Below, one piece after another: positions 14,163-27,195 of a stretch of 64,000 nucleotides of DNA (position 1 is the first letter of the stretch; every line of letters starts with the position of its first letter). The translations under genes were made by a program, and so were the position numbers. The notes under the pieces were generated by a model. The model saw nothing but the letters and a program-made list of their open reading frames with translations. It was not told the origin of the DNA and did not search any database. The DNA is from Felis catus (taxonomy: Eukaryota). The stretch spans positions 109,680,001-109,744,000 of the forward strand of contig NC_058373.1 of the NCBI RefSeq assembly GCF_018350175.1, read 5' to 3'.

Positions 14163-14859
14163 AAAGGATGCCTTATTTCGCTAAAAGCACTAAGACTAAT
14201 GTTATTAGTAGCATCAAAGGACAGTGGTCTCAAACCAGAAAACACACGTGGGAACCCTTTCTACAAAGTATGTTTGCTTTGTCTTGTTTTACTTTTTGTT
14301 ATGTAAATATTAAAATACATTCAAATGTAGAAAGACCAGTATAATGAACCCCCATGTACCTTCTCTGAATGCACCACCCAGCTTCTCTGACATTCTCTAA
14401 ATGCCAGTATCTACCATATCCTGGAAGTTACATGCTATGCTATTATCTAAACATACCAGAAAAACTTCTCGAATCAGTGCAAAAATTCATTGTCTTACAA
14501 AGTTCTTTCGAGCTTATATGAGCAAAAATGTTCGAAACTGCTGCCTTGGGGCATGTATGATTTTGGACTCTACAAGGACGGTATTCTGAAAGCTTAAACT
14601 CTGATGAAATATTTTCTCAGTTGTTCAGTTGTTGAGTGTTGGCTTATCTAAGAAAAGGCAGTGATATAAGTGGGGCACAAAACACATCTAACTGACTAGG
14701 ATATCTGAAACTGATACACAGAGTAAGCCAACCCTTTACAAAAGGACACATTTATTTGAACACATGAAAATCCTAAAAAGTATTTAATTAAATTTACATC
14801 TAAGTACCAAAGGTACAAAGCATCACACCCCCTAGAAAGTCTAACGGAATAAACTGCTC

Positions 14860-15850
14860 ATCAACAGTTTAATTTATCCACTGCCTGCTGTGAGCTGGGC
14901 CCTGACATACAAGTACACATTCCTTCACCAAATATTTCTCAATATTTTCTATGTATCAGGCAAGAGAGACAACAATCCCTACCCCAGTGGAATTCCAGCA
15001 TGGGGGCATAGGGAATATTAGAAATAAGAGCATTATATGGTATGTTAAAAGAGGTTAAGCAGCAATAGGAAACAGAAAAAGCAAAGCAAGGAAAGGGACA
15101 CAAAGAGGGGCCAGAAGATAGCCATTTACATGATTACGACATCAAGGGGATAAGTACCACATGAGATTTGATCAAGCTTCCCTGAGAATGTGGAGGAGGA
15201 GGGACTTAATTTTGCCTCCTGGAGGAGGTGGCATCTGAGCCAATGGTTAAGAGAATAAGAGAAGCTGACCAGAGGCACAAAGGACTAAGAGCTCTCCACG
15301 CCCAGAGAACAGCACGTGTGAGGGCACCCAGAAGACCAAGGGCCCAGAACATTGGGAAGAGGCAGCGTCCCCTGGATGGAGCCTAGGAATGTTAAGGGGG
15401 AGGAGGCAGCCAGGAGAGAGGCAGGCAGGGGTCCAATCAGAAGGTTTCCATGTTCTATGCGGGAGGAGGGTAGCCAATGGAGCTCTCTACCACAGAGCTG
15501 TGATACACAAAGCTCACGCAGGTAACTCTAAAAGGTGACTTCACAAGACACCAGGCAAGAAATCAAAGAGCAAAGCAGCGATGGGGAAAGGAGAAGGCAG
15601 GACAGACTCAAAAAGCTATTAAGCAGCTGGAGGCAGAAAGACTCGGCAGGGCCTGGGCCGCAAAGGAGGGGATGGTGCCACTCACTAAAATGGGGAAACT
15701 GAAAAAGAAGAGATTCTAGAGAGATCTCGGGCACGTGGAATTTGAAGTGCCTGTGAGAGCAACCAAGGGGTAGCCAGAAACACAGGTCTGGACTGGAGAA
15801 AATGCTAGCCTGGAAATAAAGACTGAGGACTCAGAGAGAGTGGAAGACAC
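14860..15850 (-). mobile_element. LINE-2 fragments
   Basis: Antisense L2 motifs ggaggaggtggcatctgagc, gggcacgtggaatttgaagtgcctgtgag, gtctggactggaga. Confidence 0.7.
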
Positions 15851-15925
15851 CAGAATAGGTGATCCTTTTCTCTCCTTCTCTCCCTCTCTCTCTCTCCCTT
15901 TCTCTTTCTTACACCCAAACACACC

Positions 15926-15928
<3 letters not shown>

Positions 15929-15968
<40 letters not shown>
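15929..15968. repeat. (AC)n microsatellite
   Basis: About 20 units seen directly. Confidence 0.95.
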
Positions 15969-15970
<2 letters not shown>

Positions 15971-18465
15971 TATCAAGTATAAAAAAGACCACTGAGGATT
16001 TCTAATCATTCCCCTTTTCAGAAAGAACTAGCTTGCATCAACACTATGATTAATATTTTTCATATGTCCCAAACATGCACTGCATCAAATGCCCACGATT
16101 GCCCAAAAGCAAAAAGCAGCTTCCTAAAAATGAGCCAATGACAAGAATGAGGCTATTACAGATAGTTTTCAGAACCACAAGAAACAATGGTATAATTCAA
16201 AACAAACAGAAGTACTCAGAACCCATTAAAAAAGATCAGGAAGGCCAGGCACAAAAAAGGTTCTAAACCTAGGCCAAGTATATTTGCTAAGTCCTTCACA
16301 ATTTTCTCAGGGTAGTAAAAGATACAAGAGAAGTTCAAAAACATGACCAGGCCACCACAGAGTTCAATTTTTACAGCCTAGTATTTCAATAACTCACAAT
16401 GAAAACATATAAGCCAATCATTTCTTTTAAATTTGCAGAAGGCCAAGGAAGCAAAGAAAAGCTATTCCCAGCAAACTGGGCAAGTTTGCTCATCTCTCCT
16501 CAGAGGGTGCACTTTTGACAACAACTCCCGATAGGAAGGAACAATGTGACAGTGCTTCTCATTTTAAAAATAAATAACGTTTGGGCACTTTAAGAAAAAG
16601 GAAAAGAAAAACTTTCTCCCGAAGCAATTATATCTTCACTCAACAGTTCGTTTCTTTAAATAGCCTTTTCACCTGCTTTGTTTTTACAAAAGTAAATGTT
16701 CTATCCAAATGAAGCATCAATTCCTTTTGTAGATTTCTGGGCTGATCTCTAATTCCCAGGAGAGCGAGTACTGTTACGGTATTCGAATAAAAACATACTA
16801 GCAACAAGATGAACTATGAAATATGTATGCCCTCTTCCATGTTTTTCTTACTTTTTTTAAGGAGGAAAAAAAAGACATAAAAATCTACGGGCATTTTCAT
16901 TTTTAGTAAAATATAACTTGGAATTGTTTGTTGCAATCTGCACGGTTGTACATTTGTGATGGAGAAGCCTCCCCAAAGGCATTTCCTCTCAAACATGTGC
17001 CCTGATTACATATAGTTCTCGCTCTGCTCTCCCCACCGCTTTTCACTTTTCTCTTCGCCTCCCCTCTCCTCCTTGCCTCTCCCAACTTTCCTCTCCTCCC
17101 CTCTATTTCCGTTTCACACACACGTGCACACAGATTCTTCCACCAGGAAGGATTCTTTTTCTCCACGATGTTCACAAGAGGAAACATTTGCACAAATGAC
17201 GGGTTCTCCACAAATCCCAAAAGAAACACTCTTTTCCAGAATAAATTACACACGCTCATACATAAGGATCTATTATGTACATATGCCAATGTTCTTACTT
17301 TGAAATGTACGCTAAATTGCACACGTTCTCATCACAAAGTATTTAGCAACACCATCACTTGGGTCACACCAGGATATAAAACTCAAGAAGAAGGAGAACC
17401 ACGGTACTCCCCCATTTCCCTCTGTCCATTTTCTTTCCTAGCCTATTTGCTTTCCTGCCTCCTTCTTTCAGACTCTAAGCCCCACTCAAACTGCTACCTG
17501 TGGCTCAGCTAAATGATCTATGCAAGCCTTCATTCTCCCTGCTCTGGTCCTCTCAGATGCCCCTTCCCCCTCCAGCCTCTACCTCCAGCCATCCTTAGAG
17601 GTCCCTCTCAAATGGTACTTCTTTCATGAAGCGTTTCCTGGTGACCCTCGCAGCCTGATGTGATCTCTCCCTACCTGTGAGCTGCAAGGGTCCCTTGCTT
17701 ATTCCTCTCTTACACACTTAACTAGATTACATGACCCAATAATATCTGCCCTCCTGGAGTTATATTTAATTATATTTGTATTCCTGTAGCACCTCACAGA
17801 CCAACACATAACATGAATACAGCTGAGCTGTCTCAAACCCACATGTTTCTCTAACAAATAATTTAATAGAAATACAGCTGCCCATAAAGCCCCACCTGTA
17901 CTCAGGCCCTTTAACAAGCACAGTTCCTACCTTACAAAGAATCAGAGGAAGTCATTCGTCCAAAAAAGTAATACGAAACCAGTCTCTGAGTATTTTAACA
18001 CAATGCCTGGGTTTCCATCAACTAAACACATTACTTGAAGTGAAAACAAATATTAGCTCAAGTTGTTAAGATATTTTAAAATAACAGAAAAATGATACAT
18101 TTTACTAGGAAATCAGATTTAAAAAATAAAAGAATTAAACAATTACAACAATTTATCCTGCCTCTCTTTTAAACTCTTCTGTTTGGTCTTTCTCCAGAGC
18201 CAACAGATGTTTTTTCTCCTTCAGCTTAGTCATTTGGAGAAGGAACTTGAAAAGGAGCTTGAAAATTGTTCAAAAGCAGAAGGGAAGGACAGGAATAAGT
18301 GCGGAGAAATAGGGTCAGGGCCAATGATGGGAGCATTTGAAAATCAATCCAATGGCTTCTGAAAAACATTTCAGAGACTGCAACATAAACCTAGGAGGAA
18401 TAGCTATGTTTGGAAGGTCTTATCAAACTTGTAATCTTTTCTACTTTACGAATTGGTCACTCTGC

Positions 18466-18645
18466 GGGGCGTGTGGGTCAGTTAAGCATCTGACTTTGGC
18501 TCAGGTCATGATCTCACAGTTCCAGAGTTCGAGCCCCATATCGGACTGTCTGCTGTCAGTGCAGAGCCTACTTCAGATCCTCTGTCTCCCTCTCTCTCTG
18601 TCCCGTGTCTGTCTGTCTCTCTCTCTCTCAAAATAATTTTTAAAA
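18466..18645 (+). mobile_element. CAN-SINE
   Basis: Body plus TSD aattggtcact / aactggtcact. Confidence 0.9.
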
Positions 18646-19629
18646 ACTGGTCACTTCGCTTTCAAAACATCTTTAAACCCAGCAACAAATTCAACTGTAT
18701 ACCCTCTATGTATTTACTATGTCAAAGAATCCTTCCTGTTGTTTCTAACACTCAGGCTTAATTTTGGGGTTCCATATTCACAATGTCATTGCAACCCAAT
18801 CACATTTTCTTAAGTACTTTCAGAATTAGTCCAAATATCCTTTTCTCACATTCTTCTAATTACCGCTTTATTACAGTATTCTCAAGGCTTCGTTAATTTC
18901 CTCTTCCTTATTTATCTTTCACATCATCCCAACTGCTTCCTTATATACTTCCCTCATGTTTCCAAAATATTAAATGGTGTTAAATGAGATACTAAACAGG
19001 AAAGCACCTTTTAAATTATGCCATACTATGTACAGACTCACTTTATTTCTATTATTCATTCTCATCTTTTTGCTTCATTCCTTTTTTCCATCCCCACTTC
19101 AACCCCCACCCCTTCTTAGGACAATTTCTTTCAAATTCTTTAGAGCTAAGGGACACTGCTGGACTCTTAGGAGGCATCTTATAAAATATTCATTCAGTGT
19201 ATGATTTCAGGAGAAGATCCTAGACTCTCTGCAAGCTATATATTCCTTCCGAAAACTTCTCCAAAAGTATCACGTGAAAACTATCATGGAATTGCATTGC
19301 CATATGATCAAAAGACCCAAAGAACCTAATCAGTTATAATCTCAGGTTCTATAGATGAAGAAATCTGGAGAGGTTAACTGACTTGCCCAAAGTCATATAG
19401 ATGGTTAATGACAGAACCAGGATTAGAATCCAGATCTTCAAATCTCTTCACTTTTGTGTACTACTGGTGAGTTTGGCTTGTTGGTTTTGGGTTTCCTTTT
19501 TCCTTTAGTTTCTTTTTTTCTTTAATTTTTTTTGGGGGGGAGGGTAGTTTCTTTCTGATTATAAAAATACAGGCTCACTGCCAAACATTTGGAAAGTTAA
19601 AAAGTGAGGATAAAATATTGATTCACTTA

Positions 19630-19751
19630 TATTTATTTTTTAAGAAATAGCAGTGTCAATTTTATCTTTAAGTGATCTCTGCACCCAACATGGTGTGAAC
19701 TCAAATTCACAACCCCGAGAGCAAGAGTCAACTGAGCCTGCCAAGTACCCC
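19630..19751 (-). mobile_element. Short diverged CAN-SINE
   Basis: Ends actgagcctgccaagtacccc; TSD-like ttgattcactt on both sides. Confidence 0.75.
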
Positions 19752-20232
19752 TGTTGATTCACTTTTAAAGTGTCACAGTCTCTCATATACCCTCACCCAA
19801 TAGAAACTGTTATTTCTCAAAACTGAGTTTCATTTACTGGAGTTTTAGTTTACATCCCATTTAGTCCTCTTCAATTTGTCAATTTTTAATAAAGATAAAG
19901 CCCATTTTCTTCTTCATGGGTTCATACAGCACCTCACTCAATGTTGGTCACCAAATACCAAAATTCTTAACGTCAATTATCAATAAGCTTCCTGATGGCA
20001 CTTAGGTTTAGAATGCTTCTATCAGAATACACTACAACTTAATGCAAGTGAAAGTCATTTTCTTTTTCATTGGATGACACTTCTCTCAGCTATATGCCTG
20101 TTTTCAAAGAATACATGTCACTAGAAAATTGGCATATGAGCAGCCACAAATACAATGAAGTTAGGGCCAATCTATGCCATCAACTACAATGCTGAAACAT
20201 GACATATTTTGATTTTAAACAAGAGTGGCTGA

Positions 20233-20358
20233 CGGGTGCCTGGGTGGTTCAGTTGATTGAGCATCCTACTTCAGCTCAGGTCACGATCTCTCAGTTTGTG
20301 AGTTCGAGCCCCGCATCAGGCTCTGTGCTGACAGACAGGAACCTGGAGCCTTCTTCAG

Positions 20359-20402
<44 letters not shown>

Positions 20403-20512
20403 TCTCTCACTCTCTCTCTCTCTCTCTCTCTCTGTCCCCCACCCCCACGCACGCTCTGTCTCTCTCTGTCTCTGTCTCTCTCTCTCAAAAACCAGTAAAA
20501 TTAAAAAAATAA
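20233..20512 (+). mobile_element. CAN-SINE with long (CT)n
   Basis: TSD aaacaagagtggctga / aaacaagagtggttga. Confidence 0.95.
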
Positions 20513-20664
20513 CAAACAAGAGTGGTTGAAGTTACCAAGTACAATTTGTTTCTTAAATTATTATATGTTAGTATACAAACACCTTAGTCTGAATGTCCTG
20601 TAATTCATCAGTAGTAACAATTATTGCAGAATTAAAACAGACCAATTAAGACTCTGCTGTACGA

Positions 20665-20886
20665 GGGGTGCCTGGGTGGCTCAGCTGGTTAAGCTTCAAA
20701 CTTCGGCTCAGGTCGTGATCTTGTGGTTCGTGGGTTTGAGCCCCACATCGGGCTCTGTGCTGACAGCTCAAAACCTGGAGCCTGCTTCCAATCCTGTGTC
20801 TCCTTCTCTCTCTGCCCCGCCCACGCTCTGTCTCTCTCAAAAATGAATAAATGTTAAAAAAAAAAAATTTTTTTTTTTTAATGTAA
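20665..20886 (+). mobile_element. CAN-SINE
   Basis: TSD aagactctgctgta / aagactgtgctgta. Confidence 0.95.
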
Positions 20887-20899
20887 AAGACTGTGCTGT

Positions 20900-21418
20900 A
20901 TGGAAGGGTGGTAGAAATAGCGAGATGTTGGTCAAAGAGAACAAAGTTTCAGCTACAAAATGAGTAAGTTCTGAAGACCTGATATAGAGAATACAGACTA
21001 TAGTTAAAAATAATGTATCACATACTTGAAATCTGGTAAGTAGATCTCAAATGTTCTCATCACACACACACACAAATGGTAACAATGTGAGATGACAGAT
21101 ACATTAATTAGCTTGATTGTATACATACATATATTAAAACGTGTTGTAAACTTTTTTTTTCATGTTTATTTATTTATTTTGAAAGAAGGAGAGAGAGACA
21201 GGGCATGAGCATGGGAGGGGCAGAGAGAGGGAGACAGAGAATCCCAAGCTGGCTCCGCGCTTTCAGTGCAGACCCCAACGGAGGGCTGGATCTCACGAAC
21301 CACCGAGATCATGACCTGAGCTGAAACCAAGAGCTGGATACTTAACTGACTGAGCCACTCAGGAGCTCCTGTAAACTTTAAATATACGCAATATTTATTT
21401 GTCAGTCATACATCAATA
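20900..21418 (+). mobile_element. L1MA-type 3' UTR fragment, interrupted by a - CAN-SINE (about 21152-21369)
   Basis: gagatgttggtcaaagagaacaaagtttcag...gtagatctcaaatgttctcatcacacaca...aatggtaacaatgtgagatg; tgtaaacttt flanks the SINE. Confidence 0.8.
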
Positions 21419-21933
21419 TGGCAACCACTAACCCACATATGACTATTGAGCACTTGGAATATGACTAATCCTAACTGGGATACACATAAGATTTCAAAGA
21501 CTTAGTATGAGAAGGGTGCCTGGGTGGCTCAGTCAGTTAAGTGTCTGACTACAACTCTGGTCATGATCTCACAATTCCTGAGTTCAAACCGCACATCGGA
21601 TTCTGTGCTGACAGCTCAGAGCCTGGAGCCTGCTCTGGATTCTGTGTCTCCCTCTCTCTCTGCTCCTCCCCTGCTCACTCTCTGTCTCTCTCTCTCTCAA
21701 AAACAAACATTAAAAAAAAATTTTTTTAAACCAAAGACTCAGTATGAGAGAAAGAGAATATAAAATAACTCATTTTTATATTGGTTACAGATTGAAATTA
21801 TGGTATTTTAGATATACTGAGTTAAGGAAAACTTTAAAATTATTTTCATCTGTTTCTACTTTTTTTAAATCTAGCTACTAGAAAACCTCAAATTACATAG
21901 GTGGCTTGCATCATATTTTTGAGGATGAGCACT
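21414..21933. mobile_element. MER33-like hAT-Charlie element, interrupted by a + CAN-SINE (about 21513-21730)
   Basis: caatatggcaaccactaacccacatatgactattgagcacttgg...gatttcaaagacttagta...gctactagaaaa...aattacataggtggcttgcat; SINE TSD aaagacttagtatgag / aaagactcagtatgag. Confidence 0.8.
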
Positions 21934-23186
21934 AAACTATAACAACAAAGAAACAAAGGGAGCAAAGGATGACAACAAAAACAAAGGGGACACTTCCTGT
22001 TTGCTGGGCCCTGGAATAGCTCACTCTGTGGTCATACAAGAAACCCAATCATCATCCTTTATTCCTCGATCACCTGACTTACAACTTACTACCTCTGAAC
22101 AAGAATTACAGGCAGATCTTAAATAAATAGCACGCTGAATTTTTTGCACCTTAATATACAATTCATATGCTTAGCCTAAACCTAAATTCTCAGGAAAAAG
22201 AAATTAGAATATACCTTATTTTCCAACGGGAGAGCTTTCCTTCTAATTCAGAAGGAAATGACTTCACGAGAATCTCTTGCCCCAAGCAGCTATTCTTTCC
22301 TGTTAAGGACCCAAAAATTCCTATCTGTTTTTCTCTTACATGATGGCTGATGATATAAAAGTTATGGCCAAATATAAAGGTGCCCTTTAGAAAGATTTCC
22401 ACTACACAAGCAGTATTCCATGTCATTATGGCTCCTGAGGCCTCTTGTGAAGATTTTTAAAGGGTTACAACAGGTTTAAATTAACCCCACGGAAAGAATC
22501 TGGCATTTTAAAAGGATCTGATGACTCAAAACATTCTTTTGGACTCTCCCAGCCTCTTCACTGGAAATGCACTCAGGACAGTCATACCAGTTAGTTTTCT
22601 TTATGCTAGCCCAGGTCAAGTACAAACTTGAAACGCGGGGTAAGGCAAATTACTTTAGGTTCTTCTTGTTCACCAGATATTTTGTTTTTGTTTGTTGGGT
22701 TGGGGTTTTTGGGGGGTTTGTTTTTGTTGTTGTTGTTGTTGTTGTTGTTTTGGTTGGGTGGGTGGGTGAGTGGGTGTTTGTTTGTTTTGGAGGGAAGGAG
22801 GTTAAGGGTTTGTTTGACTTCTCCATTTGAGTGGAAAGGTACTTACTAGCAAAATAGTAATAGCCACTTCTTCTGGCCCAGAAATTACCAGAATCCTTAC
22901 CAGATTTCAGAAGTTGAGTCTTTATACCAGGCTTTCCTTGCCAAGCTCTATCTAACTCTGCCTGTCTCTACCCTTGAGCAAAATGTGAGAAAAGCTAGAA
23001 ATTCTAACAACAAATTCCCCAAGGTAACCAAGGGTAGCCACAGTCACCTGCCAGTCACTCTAGGTAAGGAATCCTGACATACCGCAGATAAGGCTGGCAT
23101 GTGGCTCCAAGAAATGGGGAAGAATCAGTGTAAGTGAAGGAATGAGAAAGTCGTAAGGCTGACCACCCTAATTTTCTTTGTGTAGA

Positions 23187-23431
23187 GACAGGTTTCTCAA
23201 CCTCAGCACTACTGATATTTTGGCCCAGACAATTTTTACTGTGGGCAGATGTCCTGGGAATTACACGAGATTTAGCAGCATCCTTGGCCTCCCTACCACT
23301 AGATACAGGTAGTAACAACCTCTCTTCCTGCACCCAATCCCACCCCTAGAGTTCTGACAACCAAAAAGGTCTCCAGACATTGCCAAATGCCCCTTGGAGG
23401 GGGCAAAACTGCCCCAGGTTGAGAATCAATG
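23187..23431. mobile_element. MER20 hAT MITE
   Basis: tttctcaacctcagcactactgatattttggcccagacaatt...gtctccagacattgccaaatgcccc...ggggcaaaactgccccaggttgagaatca. Confidence 0.85.
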
Positions 23432-23817
23432 GTATTCAGAGCAAAAAACAGCTGAAAAAAACTTGCAAGCAGCAAGCCAAGGCAAAGGCACACTGTATCC
23501 AGGGTGGCAAGTTGTATTCAAGCAGTTGGCTTGCACACCTGATGAGAAATATTTCTCACAAACTTTCTGATATTTTCAAACAATATAGGTAACAATATAA
23601 TGAAGTATTCTAGCGATACTGAACCAGCCGAATGTCTTGGGGCACAAGATTCTTCAACTCCAGTAGAAGCAAAGCTTCCTAGCTCAGTACTAATTTAGTT
23701 GGTTAATATTTCCCCCCCCCCCAGCAGATTAACCAGTAATGATCAGATCAACTGCTCAGAAGACAGGAGGTTACAACTCCCAAACTCAGATTGTTATTTT
23801 TAAGAAATAGAGTTCTA

Positions 23818-24042
23818 GGGGCGCCTGGGTGGCTCAGTCGGTTGAGCATCCAACTTCAGCTCAGGTCATGATCTCACAGTCTGTGAGTTCAAGCCCCGCA
23901 TCAGGCTCTGTGCTGATGGCTCAGAGCCTGGAGCCTACTTCCAATTCTGTGTCTCCCTCTCTCTCTGCCCCTTCCCTGTTCATGCTCTGTCTCTCTCTGT
24001 CTCAAAAATAAATAAAAACATTAAGAAAAAAAAATTTTTTTT
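23818..24042 (+). mobile_element. CAN-SINE
   Basis: TSD aagaaatagagtt on both sides. Confidence 0.95.
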
Positions 24043-24064
24043 AAAGAAATAGAGTTTTAAAATA

Positions 24065-24570
24065 AAAATAAGATACCACTTTCTGACCTATATAATTAGC
24101 AGAGATTAACAGGACTGAGAACTTTCAGGGACTGTGAGAAAACAGGTGCTCTCAGATACCCTTGCCAGGAACGTAAGTTGTTCCTCGTAAAACGATTCGG
24201 CAGCATCCACCAGACTTTATTTTGTACTAAAAATTCCACTTGCAGGAATCAGTCCCACAGACAGACTCACCTATGCACAAGGAGAGGTATGTATTAAACA
24301 GGTCCCACAGCACATTTATAACGGCAATAAACTGGAAATACTTCAAACGTTATTAATAAGGAAATGGTTTTAAATAAGTTACTATCCATTCACACCTTGG
24401 AAGACCGTACAGCTGTTAAAAAAGCAACAATATAACAAAAAAAGTGAGAAATAAATGTTCAAAGATAAAAATATAGTGAGAGAGAATATGGTCCCATTTT
24501 TGTTTAACAATACATACATAACATATGTAGATGTAGACAAAAAAGTCTAAAAGAATACACACCAATTTGT
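24065..24570 (+). mobile_element. Old L1 (L1ME-like) ORF2-end / 3' UTR remnant
   Basis: gataccacttt...aattccacttgcaggaatc...aactggaaatacttcaaacg...gtacagctgttaaaaa. Confidence 0.65.
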
Positions 24571-25049
24571 TTTCATTCTTTTGACAAATATGTGTTTTTC
24601 TTAAGCAGTTAACAATATTTTTCAAGACATGGATTTAAAAGTGGACTTTGGCTATCTTCAATTCTCAAATTTAAGGGTTAAAAGCTTTCTTTTATAAATG
24701 TCACTTCTATAAATCCAGGTTTGTGGATAATTTCATACCATATATTGGGATGTAACAGTTGGTGTTCACCACTTTTCCACCAACATTAATTACACTGACA
24801 CTGGTGAGCCTTCAAATGAATCACATAAGATTTAATTCAATTTGCCAAACAATTTCAGACAGTTAGGAAACCTTACCTAGCTGCCCCCTTGAAGCATGAC
24901 CAATCAACGACTTAAGAACATATTCCGAGAGTAGTAGTTTTAGTAAGTAGAATGCTTACTTTTAAGAAATATTTAATATGTTCATTGTTTAATTCAGCCG
25001 AATCTGATCATATACAGTCATATTCAAAGGATTCTGATTCTCCTTTTCA

Positions 25050-25111
25050 ACTTATTGATTTAAATGATCACAACTTACTGACTTATTGATCTAAATGATC
25101 ACAACTTACTG
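25050..25111. repeat. 31-bp tandem duplication
   Basis: acttattgatttaaatgatcacaacttactg followed by acttattgatctaaatgatcacaacttactg (1 mismatch). Confidence 0.95.
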
Positions 25112-26625
25112 ATGTGGGTTTTCCTCTCCCACTGAAATCTTGAATGAATAACCAAAGAAGTCAAACATCTGGAAGAATGACAGAGCTGACAATTAATAAA
25201 AATTACACTCTCAATTCTACATTTGGAATAACTATTTTATCAGGGTGTGCAGTGAAAAAGGCAATTTTCCAAGAAATCTCCCTGGTTCTAAAATAAATGA
25301 GCAGACATACTTCAAAACAAAATGTCAGACACTCACCATAATAGCGATGGCCTTTAAACTACCCTAGCACCCCTCCCCCTGCCCACAGCTCCAGCCTGTG
25401 GAGCTGCTTTTAAACAGAACACTCTAAATTACTAAAAATAAACTTTATCTATTTCCTCCTGCTTCAGTTTCCCCATTTTTCCATGACATTTTAACCTCTA
25501 CACAGGCAGTTATCACAAATATACAATATCCATATGTAACTATTTCCAAACACTTTATACAGGGATACATAAATGTGAATGTGATAGTACTTCCTTTCCT
25601 TTGAAGGAACAATACAACAAAAGAACCTTGAAGGTCTTTATTCAATTAGAACCCTGGATCTGAAGCCTGTCTCCGCGGGATTTCAGAAAACTTGGCTCCA
25701 CATCAAAAGGCCACAATGCTTTTCTTTCTTGACAAGCACCATGCCTGAATAAACCACACCCCTTGCCCTTCCAAACTGCCCAACTAATAGTATACAGAGT
25801 ACGGAACTGGGTATGAACACACGAGCCTGTTCAAAGTTTACCCAGAATCTTAAAAGGTGGATCAATGACCACTGCGAGCTGTCACGGAACACTATTCCTT
25901 TCCTGGCCAGGAACACACTCGAGTTAGTGGCACCACCTGGTATACCACACACTTCTGTTGCTCAGTATTTCTCTTGTCACAAATATCAATAAATCTCTTT
26001 TTCTTATCCACATAGGAGAAGGTAATGTATTGGGTGAACTGGCAATAAATAAGCTGGATTCCGTTTCTGTAGCTTCTGTCTTATTTTAAGCAGGATGACA
26101 AGTCAGTCACCCAAACTAATCATCTTATCAGAAATAAAGTCAATTATCCTTTCCTGGTGAGTTCGATTGCTTCAAGATCAACCAAATCTTGAGGGCTTTT
26201 GGACTCATTTTGCCTTGAAACCCAATGCCCTAAATTCATTAAAGAGAAAAATAATGTGGTTTTTATTAAGTGAAAAAAGCAGAGATTGCTTAAATTCCTT
26301 AAGTTTTACTCAAAACAGAAACTACTTAATATAGACATGCTTCTAAACAAATGTATAACATCAGGTGGCTCCTCTGACCACTTCACTACCTTCTTGACAT
26401 AGTTGTAAAGAAGAATGTTTCTAAGCTTCATACATACAAGCCTTTGGAAAGTTTTTAAGTGTTCTTAGATTACATGCTAGATTATCATTGATAACATTAA
26501 AGAAAATACAGCAACAATAAATTTTCAGGAATTTAGTTAAGTGCTTTTAAATAAATCTGTGCTTTATTAACCACAAGCATCTACATACATTTGAAAAACA
26601 ATAGTATATTTATGCCCCAGGTCTA

Positions 26626-26851
26626 TTTTTTTTTTTAATTTTTTTTTTCAACGTTTATTTATTTTTGGGACAGAGAGAGACAGAGCATGAACGGGGGAGG
26701 GGCAGAGAGAGAGGGAGACACAGAATCGGAAACAGGCTCCAGGCTCTGAGCCATCAGCCCAGAGCCCGACGCAGGGCTCGAACTCACGGACCGCGAGATC
26801 GTGACCTGGCTGAAGTCGGACACTTAACCGACTGCGCCACCCAGGCGCCCC
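26626..26851 (-). mobile_element. Young CAN-SINE (SINEC_Fc type)
   Basis: Near-identical to the copies at 58017, 58544 and 59524; CpGs retained. Confidence 0.95.
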
Positions 26852-27195
26852 TATTTTTTATCTAGTCTGCAGTGTGAGGGGTTCGTGTAGATGACTAAAC
26901 ATCTTACAATAACTGTATATACCTCTCCAAGTTTCAGAGCCCACAACTGAGAGCCAGTAGCAAAGAACATGAAATATAAAACTGCCTAGTTAACAAAGAG
27001 AAAGGTTCTTTAAAATAATACTTGGAATCTTTTTTTTTTAATACTTGGAATCTTAAGTGAAAATCTATTATGTCAGGTGTCATTATGTTTTCCCCTATGA
27101 AACTACAATGCCAAATTTAAAATCAAAATTAGTCACAAAAATCATTTATACACAAACATTTCCCTCATAGACAATTTTTAAGAAATGCGATTACT

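Noticed and set aside
16903..17322. 139-aa minus-strand ORF
   Set aside because: Its length is explained by a stop-poor purine tract (R/G/E-rich); no recognisable domain.
25929..25942. CTCF-like motif (ACCAGGTGGTGCC on -)
   Set aside because: Misses the leading CC and another core position; expected by chance in 64 kb.
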